Below are positions 12,986-27,600 of a DNA stretch of 64,000 nt, in pieces. The position numbers and the translations under genes are program-made. This DNA is from Octopus sinensis (lineage: Eukaryota). Position 1 is the first letter of the stretch. Each line of letters starts with the position of its first letter. Below the pieces are notes generated by a model. It worked only from the letters and a program-made list of their open reading frames with translations. It ran no database searches and was not told the origin of the DNA. The stretch spans positions 53,630,001-53,694,000 of the forward strand of contig NC_043004.1 in the NCBI RefSeq assembly GCF_006345805.1, given 5' to 3'.

Positions 12986-13829
12986 TATTTAAAACCTGAC
13001 TATAACTTTTGATGTGTACTGCTATCCAGGAAGAAACCAGATTCCACATCCCCACTACACTTATATATGCACACATAGACAAATACCTCTTCATCTATTA
13101 AAGAAACTGGCTACATTTCAAATAATGATTAAGTGTTCTGTAGCGAACGTTTCATTTCTATTTGAAACTATTTTCATAGTACTGCACTTAAGAACGATTT
13201 TTAAAGTGATTCTCTCAACAGTTATGCTTGACTGTCTAGTAATTGAGCAAACTTTGATTAGTTCACCGTGAATTTCCAAACAATGACCACTGTTTCATAT
13301 CCACTAACACTCTGACTGACTCAAAAAAGAATTTATTTCTTCTTTCATTGAAAGTTGAATCAATTAATAACAATACCAGGAGAAAGATATATTTGTCTGG
13401 TGTTTAATGTTAGAAGAGCGGAGTTAAAAAACCTCAAACCCGGTGACTCCATATCAAATTTAGAAATAACAGCTAAACAGAGATGAAACCACATCCCAAA
13501 TTCTTAGAAAAAGCAAAGGACTTGTTAGTTAGATAATGTAGGCCCAGATACACTTCAACCAGTAAAATCCTCAAGTCATTGTTGAAAATTATTATTTCTT
13601 TCGGAGAAATCAGCACGTATCTGCAATTAAATATGTTTGCTCTTTCCTTTAATCAAGAGCATGCACGCTTGTTAGAATCAATGGCTGTGGATATTTTCGA
13701 CTAAGAAGAAACACAAGAATGAAACACGGTGAATCGCGTGTGTAATGAATACTTATCGTCGAAAGTCTAAACGTTCCATATGGTTCGGTCAACGGAGCAG
13801 CATGGTCGTGAAGTAGTGTGCAAGAGGCT

Positions 13830-14070
13830 GAGCACACCACTGAGCACACCACTGACACCCGTACACTTACTGTAGTTCTCTCTGAGAACTACAGTAAGAG
13901 TGTGGGTAATCTAAGAGAGATTCAGTACAGGTACAGCTCACTTTTGCCAGGTGATTGGACTAGAGAAACGAGAAATAAAGTGTTTTGCCTGAGGGCTCAG
14001 CACACCACTGGGAATCGAACCCACAATCTTACGATCATGAGACGGATACTCAAGTCATTAAGTCATACGT
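13830..14070 (-). mobile_element. Degenerate tRNA-derived SINE (family C type)
   Basis: Reverse B-box 'gggaatcgaacccacaatcttacgatcatga' and decayed core 'gaaataaagtgttttgcctgag'. Confidence 0.55.
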
Positions 14071-14589
14071 TTTCCCTCATTGTCTAAAATGAGAAAACGG
14101 TTTCCGATGAAGAAAATTATCAGCAAAATTTACGCTGAATTTAAGGCGGCGAGCTGGCAGAATCATTAGAACACTATAAAATTTATGTCATGACCTGACG
14201 TGACATAAAAGTCCCGCATGTTGAGATATAAAAGCCCTGTTTGTACAATGGGGAGGCAAAATATAGGCAAGAAAAAGAGAGCGCATTAAAGAAAAGCAGG
14301 AAATATTATGTATACTTCGTTTATATTCCTTGTCAAGCGGATGTAGGAAAAAGATCATACGGTGACAAGACATACAAACAAAAAATCGGTTGAATCATAA
14401 AAATATTTAGCCAAATACCGTCAAATAAATTAGTTTCCATCAATTCAGTGTCGGCATCTCTCTCACTCTCTCCCTCTCTTTTTCTCTCCATATAAACATA
14501 CATACATATGTGTGTGTGTATGTATGCATGTGTGTGTATGCACGTATACTATACATATATATATGTATGTATACATATATATATATGTA

Positions 14590-14961
14590 TCTCTCTATAT
14601 ATAAACGGCAGTTTGTCTGTGTGTGTTTCTGTGTGTCTGTTTGCTTGTACCCTCACCCTGACCACGGCTTTCAACCGATTCTGATGAAACTTGACACACA
14701 CATAGCCCAATGTCACAATTCAATACTAACGCAGCGAAAATTTTGAAAAGTTCCCCCAGTTCTGAAAAAAATCGATAAATTCGACATGGGGTCGAGAATC
14801 AGAAACACAAACCACAGACAGTCTAGGGGACGCAACTCGACCTTTTTACCTAAAAAAAAAATTTACCATCATTTTTTTTCCATTTTTTGGCTATAACTCT
14901 CTAAAAATGCTTTATAGTTATTTCCCTTACAAACCCGAGCAACGCCGGACGATACTGCTAG
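14590..14961 (+). mobile_element. Non-autonomous Helitron
   Basis: A|TC 5' end, subterminal GTCT/GT repeats, 3' hairpin cccgagcaacgccgg, CTAG|T end. Homologous copies at 23520, 23900 and 39315. Confidence 0.85.
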
Positions 14962-14984
14962 TACGTACATATATATATATATGT

Positions 14985-15068
<84 letters not shown>

Positions 15069-16244
15069 TATTACGTATATTTGTTATATATATATATATA
15101 TATATCTTCATTTGCATATAGGCACACACACATATATATATTTAGATGTACGTACATACTTATGTGCATACATGAATGTATACATACATACATACATATT
15201 TATATACATACGTACATAGCATTTCTAATGCTACATCACATGTACACTCGCTATAGATTTATTACAAACTAATGATCTGTGTCAGATTATTATTATTCTT
15301 CGCATGGTTATTCTGGAATATTTGGCATCGCCTCTTACAGAGCAACAAAGCTTAATATTGTTATTCCTTATTCTCATGTTTTGGCATTTCGCTCCAATTC
15401 TTTCGTTATAGACAATTCTGTCTATGAATATAAGCGTAATGCAGACGTCGGGGTAGATTTACAAAATTGGTTCTACTAATGTAAAAGTGTGTGTATGTAT
15501 ATGTATGCCTTTGTGTGAGTGAGTGAGTGCGCGTGTGTGTGTGTGTGTGGGGGATCTGTGTGTGTATGTGTGAGCAAATGTTGAGGTTTATTGTGAGAAG
15601 CTCTTGGATTTATGTGTAGGTATTTGTGCGTCTGTATGTATGCAAATATATGAGTATGATGAGGGAAGAAAGTAGTAGTTTTATGTGGTTCTTCATACAA
15701 TAAGATTTGATATATAATTCAACGAAATGTGCCCCCAAACCAAATTCACTATATTCACAATATATTATATTCATACAATAGAAACATACACAGATGCTTA
15801 TGTACATACATACATACATACATGGACAAATATTTGCGTGTGAGTATACGTGTGTATACGTAGATGTGCATGTATATATATATCTAAATCCATATATATA
15901 TATATATATATATACATACATACATACATACATACATACATACATACATAGACAAGAATATACGCAAGAATATCTTATATAACGTTTTATTCAGTTGCAG
16001 TCATGTCATTCGACGGCGGATGTCCTGGAGCACTGCACTGCCTTGGAGGTTTCGTCAAAAAGATCACCTCCTCTACCTATTTTTTTTTAGTATTGTACTT
16101 ATTCTATGTTACGTGGAAATAAACAAACCAACACCGGTTGCAAAGCGATGATAGGTGATCAGCTCAAGCACAAAAAACACAAACACACAAATACGTGTAC
16201 ACGCACGCACGCACACATACACTCACACTCACACACTCACGTAA

Positions 16245-16409
16245 GTATGTATATCATTGATCAGTTTTATTTCAAGATTTTTTGCCAATAGAGAAAGTCA
16301 GTTTCTAACTTAGAACCATGGCACCTTCATTGGAATTTCATCATCAATAACAGGGTATTTTTGTATGTATGTATGTATGTATGTATGTATGTATGTATGT
16401 ATGTATGAA

Positions 16410-16442
<33 letters not shown>

Positions 16443-17870
16443 ATGTATGTATGTATGTATGTATGTATGTGTGTGTGTATGTATGTTTGTATGAATGCAT
16501 ACGTGCAGATTTGAATGTATATATGTCGTCTTATGCATTTACTTGCATATATAGACATGCTGATATATGCTTAAATGATAAAACCTCTGGAAAGTTTTTC
16601 AGATTTTTACCGTTCCAATGATAGCCACGAACTGTAGTCTTCGAATCAGCTTTCTCCTTTCTCTTTTGAGAAGCCTAATTTCTCAAGATTAGTACTTAGG
16701 CAGTGTGATACATATCCCAGTGCCCCAATAATTACAGTAACTGTAGATTTCTCAGTAGTTCAGAGTAGGTATTATCCTTTTCACTGAACTTCAGCTTTAT
16801 GTTAATATCCGCTGCGCAGCTGATTTCCACAACTGTTCATAGTTTGTCTTCTTTGTCCCAAGTCATTATGTCAGGACTATTGTGTTTGCATTTTATTGAG
16901 GTTTTCACTGGGACATTCTACCAGTACTCCTTTTTATTAGGAGTGCCTATGCCTTCCACCATACCGTGGGTTCTTATTTCTTTGCACTCGCTGTCATCCT
17001 TTCGACGGATCTCGTTATACAATGACCTAACTACAGCATCATGTCTTATCGGAAATGATACCGTGATGATATTTTCAAACAACTGCTTATGATGTGGGTG
17101 ATATCTTCGGTGTTAACTCCACAAAGTCTGCATCGCTTGTCATATTTCACTGCTTTTTCTGCATCTCTGTCCCTTCTGTGTATTAGGTATGCGGTTGATA
17201 TTTCCGGCTCCTGGATTGTAAATGCATACCCTTCAAAGTGTGAGGTAGTAATCAGGCTATTGGCCCATGATAGACTGCTTTGATGATCAATGTTACTATC
17301 ATCTCAGATCTTTCTACTCACATATCTATGCATGGTCTTCTACTAACATATCCATGCATGGTCGGATCTCATCCTTTCATGATATGTCGTGCGACTTCTT
17401 TAGTCGTGTATTTGATGTTATCAGACAAGAATGCTGCTAAAGGAGCTGCCATTGAACCCATGTGTGCAAACGAATGCACTTCGATTCTTGGAGGTTAAAA
17501 GATGTTGCCAAAGGCAATTTTGATCGATGTTCAGCCTCTTCCTCCTTGTTTTCGTTTTAGGTAGAGGCGGTCTACATCACTGTTTATGTGGAAATTATAC
17601 GTGCTTGTTAGTAACTTCAGCTTTTTCACATCAATGGCTCGGATCTCATCAAACGTTCAGTCACGCAGCCCAAATATCTGTATGAGTATGGGCACTGCAA
17701 CCCTATTGTGGACCACTGTTTTACTGAACGCAGGGAATTACGAGATCCAACTTTTTTTTTATTTAACTGTAATATTCATTAGTGACACGTGTTTTGTTAC
17801 AGTTTCCAATGTAAGACGTTTTCATCCATCCCAAGATACCTGTAAAATTCTTCATCAGATATAGGGAAAA
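16245..17870 (-). mobile_element. 5'-truncated RLE-type non-LTR retrotransposon (R4/Dong/HERO/NeSL-like), decayed
   Basis: Minus-strand remnants YRYLGMDEN, DVDRLYLKRKQGGRG, CRLCGVNTEDITHIISSC (CX2CX8HX4C), IRHDAV, HNSPDIMTWDKEDKL*TVVEISC (PD..E nuclease). The putative 3' UTR has an internal (CATA)n and AATAAA; its extent is inferred. Confidence 0.85.
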
Positions 17871-17871
17871 C

Positions 17872-17902
<31 letters not shown>

Positions 17903-20504
17903 TGTATTTATGTATGTGTGTTGTATGTATTGATGTATATGTATGCGTATGTATAGGTGTGTGTACATGTGTGTATATGCCGGGCTTCTATCAGATTCAC
18001 TCTACTAAAGCCTTTCATATATATATTTATGTCTATATAGATTTTTATAGATGTATAAATACTTATACTTATTCCAATTTCAACCTTTCCGGGTATTGAA
18101 CCGAGTTCTCGGTTTTCTGAGATGCATTAATGCCAGCCTAGACTCGGAAAGCTGAAATGATACGCAATGTTTCTGTGACACAAAACCATCTCCTGAAGTA
18201 TAATATATTTAGATAATATTTCACAACAACAGAGTTTACGATCATGTGAGACTATATCGGTTACATATCGTCAATTTTAGTTCATTTTTCATTTTATTAT
18301 AAGAGTATTGTATCAAATCTGTAACTGAAATTGAATAACTATGATAGATAATTTCTTGATAAGGAATACACGAAGTAGAAATCTATATATGTGCAGGGAC
18401 AGAAATAAGACGAAAATCTTTGATAATCGGTAAGATTATTGACATAGCGATTAAAAGCCTTACTCTATATGTGATAAATATGCTGCAAAGTCTGCGCTAA
18501 TACTGCATATTTAGATCTGTAGATTTGGATCTTTACTGTAGACCTTAAAATGCTTGTAAATATAAAAAAAACTGTATACGTATACACCTTATATGTTTAT
18601 GCATAGTTGACGCTCCATAGCTTAAGAAAGATGGAGCATTATATGTATTAATTTGGGAGAAGCTTGGTTTAAAATTGAAAAAGCGATCAATTGTTTTAGA
18701 GTGTATGACAAAAGTTTATGTAGTATATGATACCAATATTATTTTAGTTTTATAGATTAAGTATTATTTGGATTTTGTTCTAGCGGAATTAGTGTTTGAG
18801 GAATGCAGCATCGAGTAGTGACAAGGAAAATTGTGTAGAATGGACCTCTGTTTTTTGTCTCGTTTTTAATTGCTTGATACGGAGAAGAGCAACAGTGCCC
18901 ATGCCCTTTAGAGGCCATCTTATACGCTTGGCGCAGATGATGCAAATGATACCCTTAAAACGGTGTAAGTCAACACCTGCAAAACAGACACGATCATGGA
19001 GGGAACAGCAGACAGGGCAGTATTTGGAAAAGAGGAATTACGCATAATCATTGCGCGTCGTTGAGGGATTGGGGTTAATCAGTGCAGCTCTTGTGGGTGT
19101 CAGACACAACAATGGTGAAGAAACTAAGCAGGATGTGTGGGTGGATAATGTATAATTGGGGATGATGCAAAGTTGGCCAACTCTGAGGAACACTAACCAA
19201 TATACTAGATGTAAAACCCGAACGAAGTACCAGTTCCCTGTATCCCAGATGTCGAAGCGTGTCTATGAGAGTTTCGTCAATCATTCAGGTATGTATAGTC
19301 TAGATATGAGAATGTTCAACCATAGCTGTATCGTACCAGATTTGAGACTGCAGTCATCAGGACAAGACCGCATATGATTGAAAGATGATCTATAGTTAGG
19401 GATGCTTCATAAGTTGCATAGAGGACATATACACGAAATGTGTGCGAAAGAGACAAGTCAAAGCCGGGTGATAGAAGTCTTTGTTTCTGATATCAAAATA
19501 AGAGAAAGAAGCGATGTATCCACAACATTTAAAGGCACATTTAAAAGTTTTATAGCCTGAATTGGATACATGAAGGATAAATAACGTTCGAGAAAAACAG
19601 TTTGTGAAACTTCTATTTATATGCTAAGCTATATGGATAGCTTAGGTAGTACTGAGGCTACTAATATTCGGAAATATAAATTATTAGAAGCTGAAAATTA
19701 ACGCGGGTAGTAAATGCGTGATGTAATTGAATATAATCTAAATTTAAAGCAGGTTAAAAGCAACTTAGTTAATAAATAAAAACTAGGTTTCGATTTCATG
19801 TCTCAATTATTATCAAAATATAAAGGAAAGTAGTGATTAACATATCGAGCATTATACGAGTCAATCACTTACAAAATGAACTACGTGTTTAGCTACAACA
19901 ATATAACTTTCAGTCGGATCGATACATAGAAATTTCTATTTTACTATGAAAGTAAATGGAGGGCTTCGAGTTTTGAAAGAATAATAAATTTCGATTTAAA
20001 TTTAGGTACGGCTAAAATTGATACTTAATGCGTAATGCGTGGCTCATTGCCCCTCTCTCTCCAAGATGAAAAATAACCTTCATCATTCTCAATACTGAGG
20101 CAACAATGGTAGCTGCGTTTACTGTCTAGCAATTGGGTTCCACAGATTTTTTTTTTTTTTTTTCAGTTTGATGGGATTGTATCTCGAGACGACAGCAAAT
20201 TCGAATACTTTTTGTATTATTTCGTTGTTAGATTTCACTCCTAAACACTTTCAGATTTGATTCAGAAATACTTCTTCATCGAATTTTAAATTATAAACAG
20301 AATAATAAGATCTGATACAAAAGGTCATAAACACAAATATATAGATATATGAAAAAAAAAAAGCAATGATATAAAAGTTTTCGCGACTTTTATTGATTTA
20401 CGTATATAACATGATACATATATATGTGTGTAAGTGTGTGTTTGTATGTGTATGAACGCATATATATATAAATATATATATATATATCTTTATATATGTA
20501 TATG

Positions 20505-20555
<51 letters not shown>

Positions 20556-21614
20556 TATATATACATATATATATGTATATGTATGAATTCAGCCCATCAA
20601 TATGCAAATAAACGGAACATTGTTGTATGATGACTTAGATCGTAAAATTTGATATGTTAACAAATACCATATAACGCTGACTGTTTATCCTATTAAAATA
20701 TATTTTATAACTTAAAAGATATTGTATATCCTATTCCATTTTCCCAATTTCAAATTCCGAATAAATACAACAAAAATAATAATTATTATAACATTGTATT
20801 GTCGTTTCAGAAAAAATTATTTCAAAAATCTCAGCAATTTAAACTGAAAAATGAAGCAATACTCAACAGGAAATGAATGAAATTTTATTCATTAAAGATA
20901 CAAAACAGAGAATAGTGAATGAAAAGTGAGTAGCGAAGAGAGAAATAAAAATAATGAAAACTATCGATAGAACGATATAGATATAATGAAACGGTATATC
21001 GAAAGAATGCATCAATCAATATTTAGTTAATTTTAAGACTGACCACTTGACAGTGAAGGTAGTAAGATCTAATTATATTCGGAGTGAATAAATGTATCTT
21101 TATAGAGCCTCTGTAATATATGCCATCCTAGGGTGTTTTACGTTGTCTTAGCTAAGATAGGGGAATATATTTACACCAATATCTCCGATACGTTATATCT
21201 AATGTTGGTATGTCATATTTGAAAATAAGACTCTCAGCTTCGATCCTGCAATCGGCGAAACCGATTTTGAGGAATGTGTCATATTGGAAGGATGAGACCT
21301 TGGCAATTTCGATTTCTTGTAACATATTTAGATAAATCAATCCCGTAGGATATACAATACCTTATAATACACAGTATTTGATAATATTTATGTTCTGTCG
21401 CTGTCTGAATACTTACTTTCAGGTAAGTAAATTTATTAATTCTAATCTTCGAGTGATATGAATATATATTTAAACAGAGAATTTTTTGTTCAATGCAACT
21501 GAAAGATAAACGTAATCCGCGAAGTTTTAGCTGAAAGTGACAAGAAATTACATTAAACAGCTTGTTTATTGTAATGTATATTGTTAGCTAGAGTGAAATA
21601 CTTTAGCCAAATGT

Positions 21615-21825
<211 letters not shown>

Positions 21826-22511
21826 GAAAACAATTACTCTAAAGTGATTTGAAGATAATTAAAGTAGAATGAATGAAATATCTTGATTAAAATTAGTCTC
21901 GATTACCTCAAGTGAATGGACAACTGAAAATAGAAAAATGTAACATAAACATAGGCAAACCAATAGTAATAATAGGACTCGATCCGTCTAACTCTTGGTT
22001 GCTTTCCCACGTCCAAGGTTTGTCTACAGAACGTCACTTAAAGTTTGCTGTCTCTAATAGAAGAAATATGACTCAAAATTGATGTTGTCGTCCGTTGGAT
22101 GTGATAGTATTTCAGTCTGATTAGTGATACCCAGCATTCATTTCCTATGAGATAATTATTTCCAGAAAGTAGCTGTCAGAGAAACTAAATTAACCGAACA
22201 AAAGCGTAATATAGATGATTATGAATTAGCAGAGTATGTTCTTTTGAGAAACAACCTCTGTACTATATTACGCATGCATTAATCCTGTTAAGAGTACGTG
22301 GCTGTGCATGTGGTAATTAATTAGGGTTACAATAATTACTAGGACAGGATATTAATTTTATTGATGTAATATGATACACAAAATTATAAAAATTAAATAA
22401 TAACCCCTATTATACTAGATTTAAATACACAAACGTTCTATCTCGAATTATCGTTAGAATTGAATTGCCAGTCTGGCATGAAATACCTCAGCGGAAGGTG
22501 ATGACTCAATC

Positions 22512-22550
<39 letters not shown>

Positions 22551-22971
22551 TTGTATGTGTGTGTGTACCTTTGTATGCATGTACGTTTGTATATATTTTT
22601 GTCTGTTTCAGTATTTCTATGCGTTACTTTTACAATAGTTTACGCTATGTTCATTTTAATCCACCGTGGTATTTCGTGTGTAAAACCTTTAGTCAGGTGA
22701 TCTATTCAGTGTTTCAACGTAGACCATCATATTTAAATCCAAATGCCATTGTGCTTTACTTCCCTACTTATGTTTCGCTTGCTGTTTACAGAATAAGGTT
22801 CGTGTCACACGAACATCCTTTCCAAAAGTTTTCTCAATCAAATATTTATACACTAGTAAGTAAAGCTTCGAAATCCAATTCCGAAAGAGAAATGTCTATC
22901 TAGCAAGATATCTATCTATCTATCTAGCTATCTAGCTAGCTAGCTAATAAGCTATTCATATATATATATAT

Positions 22972-23009
<38 letters not shown>

Positions 23010-23059
23010 TATACATACATACACACACGCAGCTATACTACATACACACATCTATCTAT

Positions 23060-23123
<64 letters not shown>

Positions 23124-23164
23124 ATAATATATAATATATATATATATATATATTATATATATAA

Positions 23165-23505
23165 AGGGTAAAGACCCCCTTCGGTCATGAATGACCATGG
23201 GATTGCACCTAGAAAGTTACCCTCCTAGACACAAGTCCGGGCAAGGTTGTTTATGGAAGACCAGCAGTCGCCCATGCATACCAGCCTCCCCTCTCCACAC
23301 CACCAGTGTTATCCAAGGGAAAGACAAGGGTCGATACAGCTTGGCACAAGTGACGTCGCAACTCATTTCTACAGCTGAGTGAACTGGAGCAACGTGAAAT
23401 AAAGTGCCTTGCTCAAGAACACAACACGCAGCCCGGTCCGGGATTCGAGCTCACAACCTCACGATCGTAAGCTCGACGCTCTAACCACTGAGCCATGCGC
23501 CTTCA
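23165..23505 (-). mobile_element. tRNA-derived SINE (head/core C with tail Z)
   Basis: Reverse strand reads gtgaaggcgcatggctcagtggttagag..gagctcgaatcccgg (A and B boxes), core tgtgttcttgagcaaggcactttatttcacgttgctccag, tail ending gaccgaagggggtctttaccctt. Confidence 0.85.
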
Positions 23506-23519
23506 CACACACATATATA

Positions 23520-23899
23520 TCTCTCTATATAAACGGCAGTTTGTCTGTGCGTGTTTCTGTGTGTCTGTTTGCTTGTACCCTCACCCTGACCACGGCTTTC
23601 AACCGATTCTGATGAAACTTGACACACACATAGCCCAATGTTATAATTCAAAACTAACGCAGCGAAAATTTTGAAAAGTTCCCCCAGTTCTGAAAAAAAT
23701 CGATAAATTCAACATGGGGTCGAGAATCAGAAACACAAACCGCAAACTGTCTAGGGGACGCAACTCCACCTTTTTTAACTAAAAAAAAATTTACCATCAT
23801 TTTTTTCCATTTTTTTGCTATGTTTTGGCTATAACTCTCTAAAAATGCTTTATAGTTATTTCCCTTACAAACCTGAGCAACGCCGGGCGATACTGATAG
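23520..23899 (+). mobile_element. Non-autonomous Helitron, terminus mutated to ATAG
   Basis: Near-identical to 14590-14961; A|TC start; ends cctgagcaacgccgggcgatactgatag|t. Confidence 0.85.
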
Positions 23900-24950
23900 T
23901 ATATATATATGTGTGTGTGTGTGTCTGTGTGTGTGTCTGTGTGTCTGTGTGTCTGTCAGGTTGTACCCTCACCCTGACCACGGCTTTCAACCCATTCTGA
24001 TGAAACTTGACACACACATAGCCCAATGTCATAATTCAAAACTAACGCACCGAAAAGTTTGGAAAGTTCCCACAGTTCTGAAAAAAATTGATAAATTCGA
24101 CATGGGGTCGAGAATCTGTTGTAGTTTTCGCAACTTGCAATCGATTTTTCACCAAACTCATGGTGAAGCTTAATGTTACCCTAAGAAACTTAATTCTGAC
24201 GTTAGTTTTCCATGCAATACCTTACCATCAGAAAAAATCGATAAAATTATGCCATTTTGGGAATCGCGTTCAAATTCAAGATGACATATTATCTACAATA
24301 TCTTTCACAAATTGGCAGGAATTTTTTTTTAATTCACAACGAGCATCATGTCTGCCCCAAGGAGCTATATGGCCCTTTTTATTCCAATAGGATACTTTAT
24401 TACTGGAAAAAATCGGTTAATTAAATCATATGTGGCACACATAGCAAACCGATTTGTGTATTAAACACAAAGAACAGACTGTCTAGGGGACGCAACTCGA
24501 CCTTTTTAACTCTCGCAACACGTGGGGTAATTATCCCAAAATGTATAAAAATGTACAAAAACGGCAAAAACGGACAGCAATGTGAGTGACAAGAACGAAA
24601 AAGTGAAAAGTGACCAAACTGAATGGAAAAGGTTTTTTGGTGCACACGACAAAAGCGGTTTATACTAAACCAAGAGTTTGCAAGTAGCGTCCGAGGACCC
24701 TTAGGGTACGTCAGCAGCTATTAGCAGAAGTGGCGGTGATGGGGGTAAAGTCTCGAATGTAATTTCTTCCTGGTAGGAATTGGTTGGGTTGCATTATCGA
24801 TAGCTGTTTGATAGTTATTTGGGAGTGAAGAGAAGACATTGCAACCTACACATGCGCCTTCGTTCCCTAGAGGGAAAGGACTAGATTGAGATTAGTCGTT
24901 GCCTACTAGGGGCTCTTACATACCCGGGCAACGCCGGGCTATACTGCTAG
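23900..24950 (+). mobile_element. Longer non-autonomous Helitron variant, in tandem with the previous copy
   Basis: Shares the 5' module (ttgtaccctcaccctgaccacggc...); ends cccgggcaacgccgggctatactgctag|t. Confidence 0.85.
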
Positions 24951-25559
24951 TATATATATATATATTGTGGTGGAGCAGTTTTTCATGATTTTCAATTTCG
25001 TGATGGGAATAGTGTGGAAATGTTGTAAATGGGCATCAAAATAACTTGTGTAGAATCTTAGAACTCTGTGACAATATCTTCTGTCCCCACAAATGCATCG
25101 AAAAATTAAATAAAACGCCGCTACTTATTTACTACCTATAAAATACAATTTGCATTGCATCTTCTTCGAGTAGCTTTTAAATGGCTGTGATAAAATTACT
25201 TTGAAATACGGCTTTAAACATGTTTTTGTTTTTTCCTTTCGTTACGGTATTTATTTTGAGATGCTCTGTGTTTCTCTCAATTATATAAAATATAACAAAG
25301 AATTTAGTAAAATAACGTAGTTATCATTCCGCTAGTGTTAGGAACATTTTAGGGGTGGAAAATTTTAATTCAAAACTTATGAAAACAAGACATTTGTACT
25401 ACAGAGCCAGAGATGGTTTCAGCCGGGTTGTTAACGAAAGGGTTAAATATTATAATTTATCGATTTCAGAAAAGTTTTCCTGTACAAGTAAATTACCGTA
25501 CGCCTTCGTCCCTCCTCGTGGGGGACTTGATATTTTAAACCCAGTACTTATTATATCGT

Positions 25560-25725
25560 CTCTTATTCCGAACCGCTAAGTTTCCATATACCAAATACAT
25601 TCACAAGGCTTTCGGCGGACCGAGGCTATAGTAGAAGAAATCCGTCCAAGTTGCCACGCAATGGGACTAAACCCGGAACCATGAGGTTGGGAAGCAAGTT
25701 TCTTACCAGAGAGCAAGGCCTGCGC
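25560..25725 (-). mobile_element. SINE family A, degenerate partial
   Basis: 'cacaaggctttcggcggaccgaggctatagtagaaga..cccggaaccatg..cctgcgc' matches the reverse of 48678-48830. Confidence 0.65.
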
Positions 25726-26048
25726 AATTTTTATATGATTCCGATAATAACATTATAGTGTGCATTCCAAAGCTCCTATCCAGCTATCAGACTTTTCCTA
25801 TTACTGGATGCACCTGTGGAAATCTACAGAATTTGTATATTTCTAAAATTTCAGACAAGTCTGCAGTTAAAAATCCGATGAATCTGCAGTTATTTTATCC
25901 TTTATGTTTTATATTTCTTCATTCACTTTTGGTTTTTCTTTTTTTTCTCTTTCGTAACTTCAATTTTCTTCTTCCTCTTTGTCAGAGGCATACAAAACTA
26001 GTATTTCGGTATGGCTACAAAATATGGAGGTATACACACACACACACG

Positions 26049-26080
<32 letters not shown>

Positions 26081-26954
26081 CACACTTAGTATTCAACAAT
26101 TAACTGCTCATAATGATGCGTTGAAACAATTGTAGTGATTTGTAAGAAAATCCGTGCAATATATCCTCTCGTACTAATTGTTTATATATCGTTGCTATTA
26201 TGTTAAACTGTCGTATATCCAAATTTCGTCAAATGCGGTCTCTTCAATAGTTATTTTTGCTTGCAATAGCCTGTTCTTTTGTAAAAAACGTATCGTATCT
26301 CCAGCTGCTTCTGAAGCCAAGATATCAAATATTGTCAAAGTGTAGTACAACGGTTTTGCTATGGAATGATGAAACTATTATTTTTCGTTTTGGACTTACG
26401 ACACTTTTCCATAATAGCAACGATATATATATACTTTTATATGTGTATGTATATACATATACACAGATGCATACACACATTCATGCACACATACATACAT
26501 ACATACATACATACATACATACATACATACATACAACATACATACATACATACATACATACATACATAATATAGATTGAGGATCTTCAAAACCTGCAAAC
26601 AAGAAACTGACTCAAAGGGCTAACGAGTTTACTGAGCAAACATAACGCCCCCGCTCCGATCCTTTACCATGGTGCCTTGGGCAAATATCATTTTCCAAAT
26701 GCACATGCTAACATTGTGCAGAAGAAAACTAGATAGAGTATTGTTGGGTGGTTCATACCTATAATTCAAAAGTACACAGTCTTTTCACACGTTGCACAAT
26801 ACTAATTCAATCCTAAGAGTTAATTTATGGGTACACGACTCTGTGGAATGCTTAGCTAGGTATTTCAGGAGCAGGTTACTCTCTTGATCTAACAAATGAA
26901 CCTGCATAATCGAACGACGGAAACCGCCATCGTATGTAGGCCTATTTGCCTATA

Positions 26955-27600
26955 TGAGGTGCATTCAAAAGGCCACTCTATTCCTTCGCTCCGGTACTAA
27001 TTCCACGTTGGCAACATCTTTGGGTAGAAGGTGATGCCACCCTTTCAGCGCATGAGTGAAAATTTTCGCGCCGGTAAGCCGCAACAGTTTGTGGCTACTA
27101 CACCTAGAGTACAAATGTGTAATGCGCGTACCCGGGACTTCCGTTTTCAGCGAACGCATCGAGCAGAGTTGTTGCGTCAAGGTTTGCCAAAAGCTTCATG
27201 AAACGCATTCTTAAAACCATCCAAAAAAACTCAGTAGGCCCTTGGGGATGATGACATAGGTAAAACCCAGATCAATGAGTGTTACAACTATTTCACGCAT
27301 GGCCGCACCTTTGGGGAGAGTGATGCACACTCGGTGGAGAGTGATGCATGCTATTCTCATGTCGAACTAAGAGCCAGTTGAGAAGTATCAGCGAATTGAA
27401 CATAGAAGACAATCGTGGAACAATCTAAAAAATTGTTCGCGAAATGGTAAAAAGCACAGGATCTGTACATACCATATTAACGGAAGATTTGTGCATGTAG
27501 AATGTGTCAGCGAAATTCACAACCAAGGCGCTGGTGGAGCAGAAGAAGCAATCCGGCACGTAAATCGCCAAGGAGATGATGAGCTGTACAAACCCGGATC
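26955..27600 (+). mobile_element. Mariner transposon, 5' fragment (TIR plus HTH region), pseudogenised
   Basis: TA|tgaggtgcattcaaaa TIR-like start; remnants ERIEQSCCVKVCQKL, LGDDDIGKTQINECY, GSVHTILTEDLCM*NVSAKF. Confidence 0.75.

Noticed and set aside
14186-14367. Solo LTR (TGTCA...TGACA with TATAAAA inside)
   Set aside because: No matching TSD and no second copy in the window.
18790-19480. Coding-like, GC-richer stretch with short ORFs and a GT donor at about 19289
   Set aside because: No recognisable domain and stops in all frames; it needs a database search.
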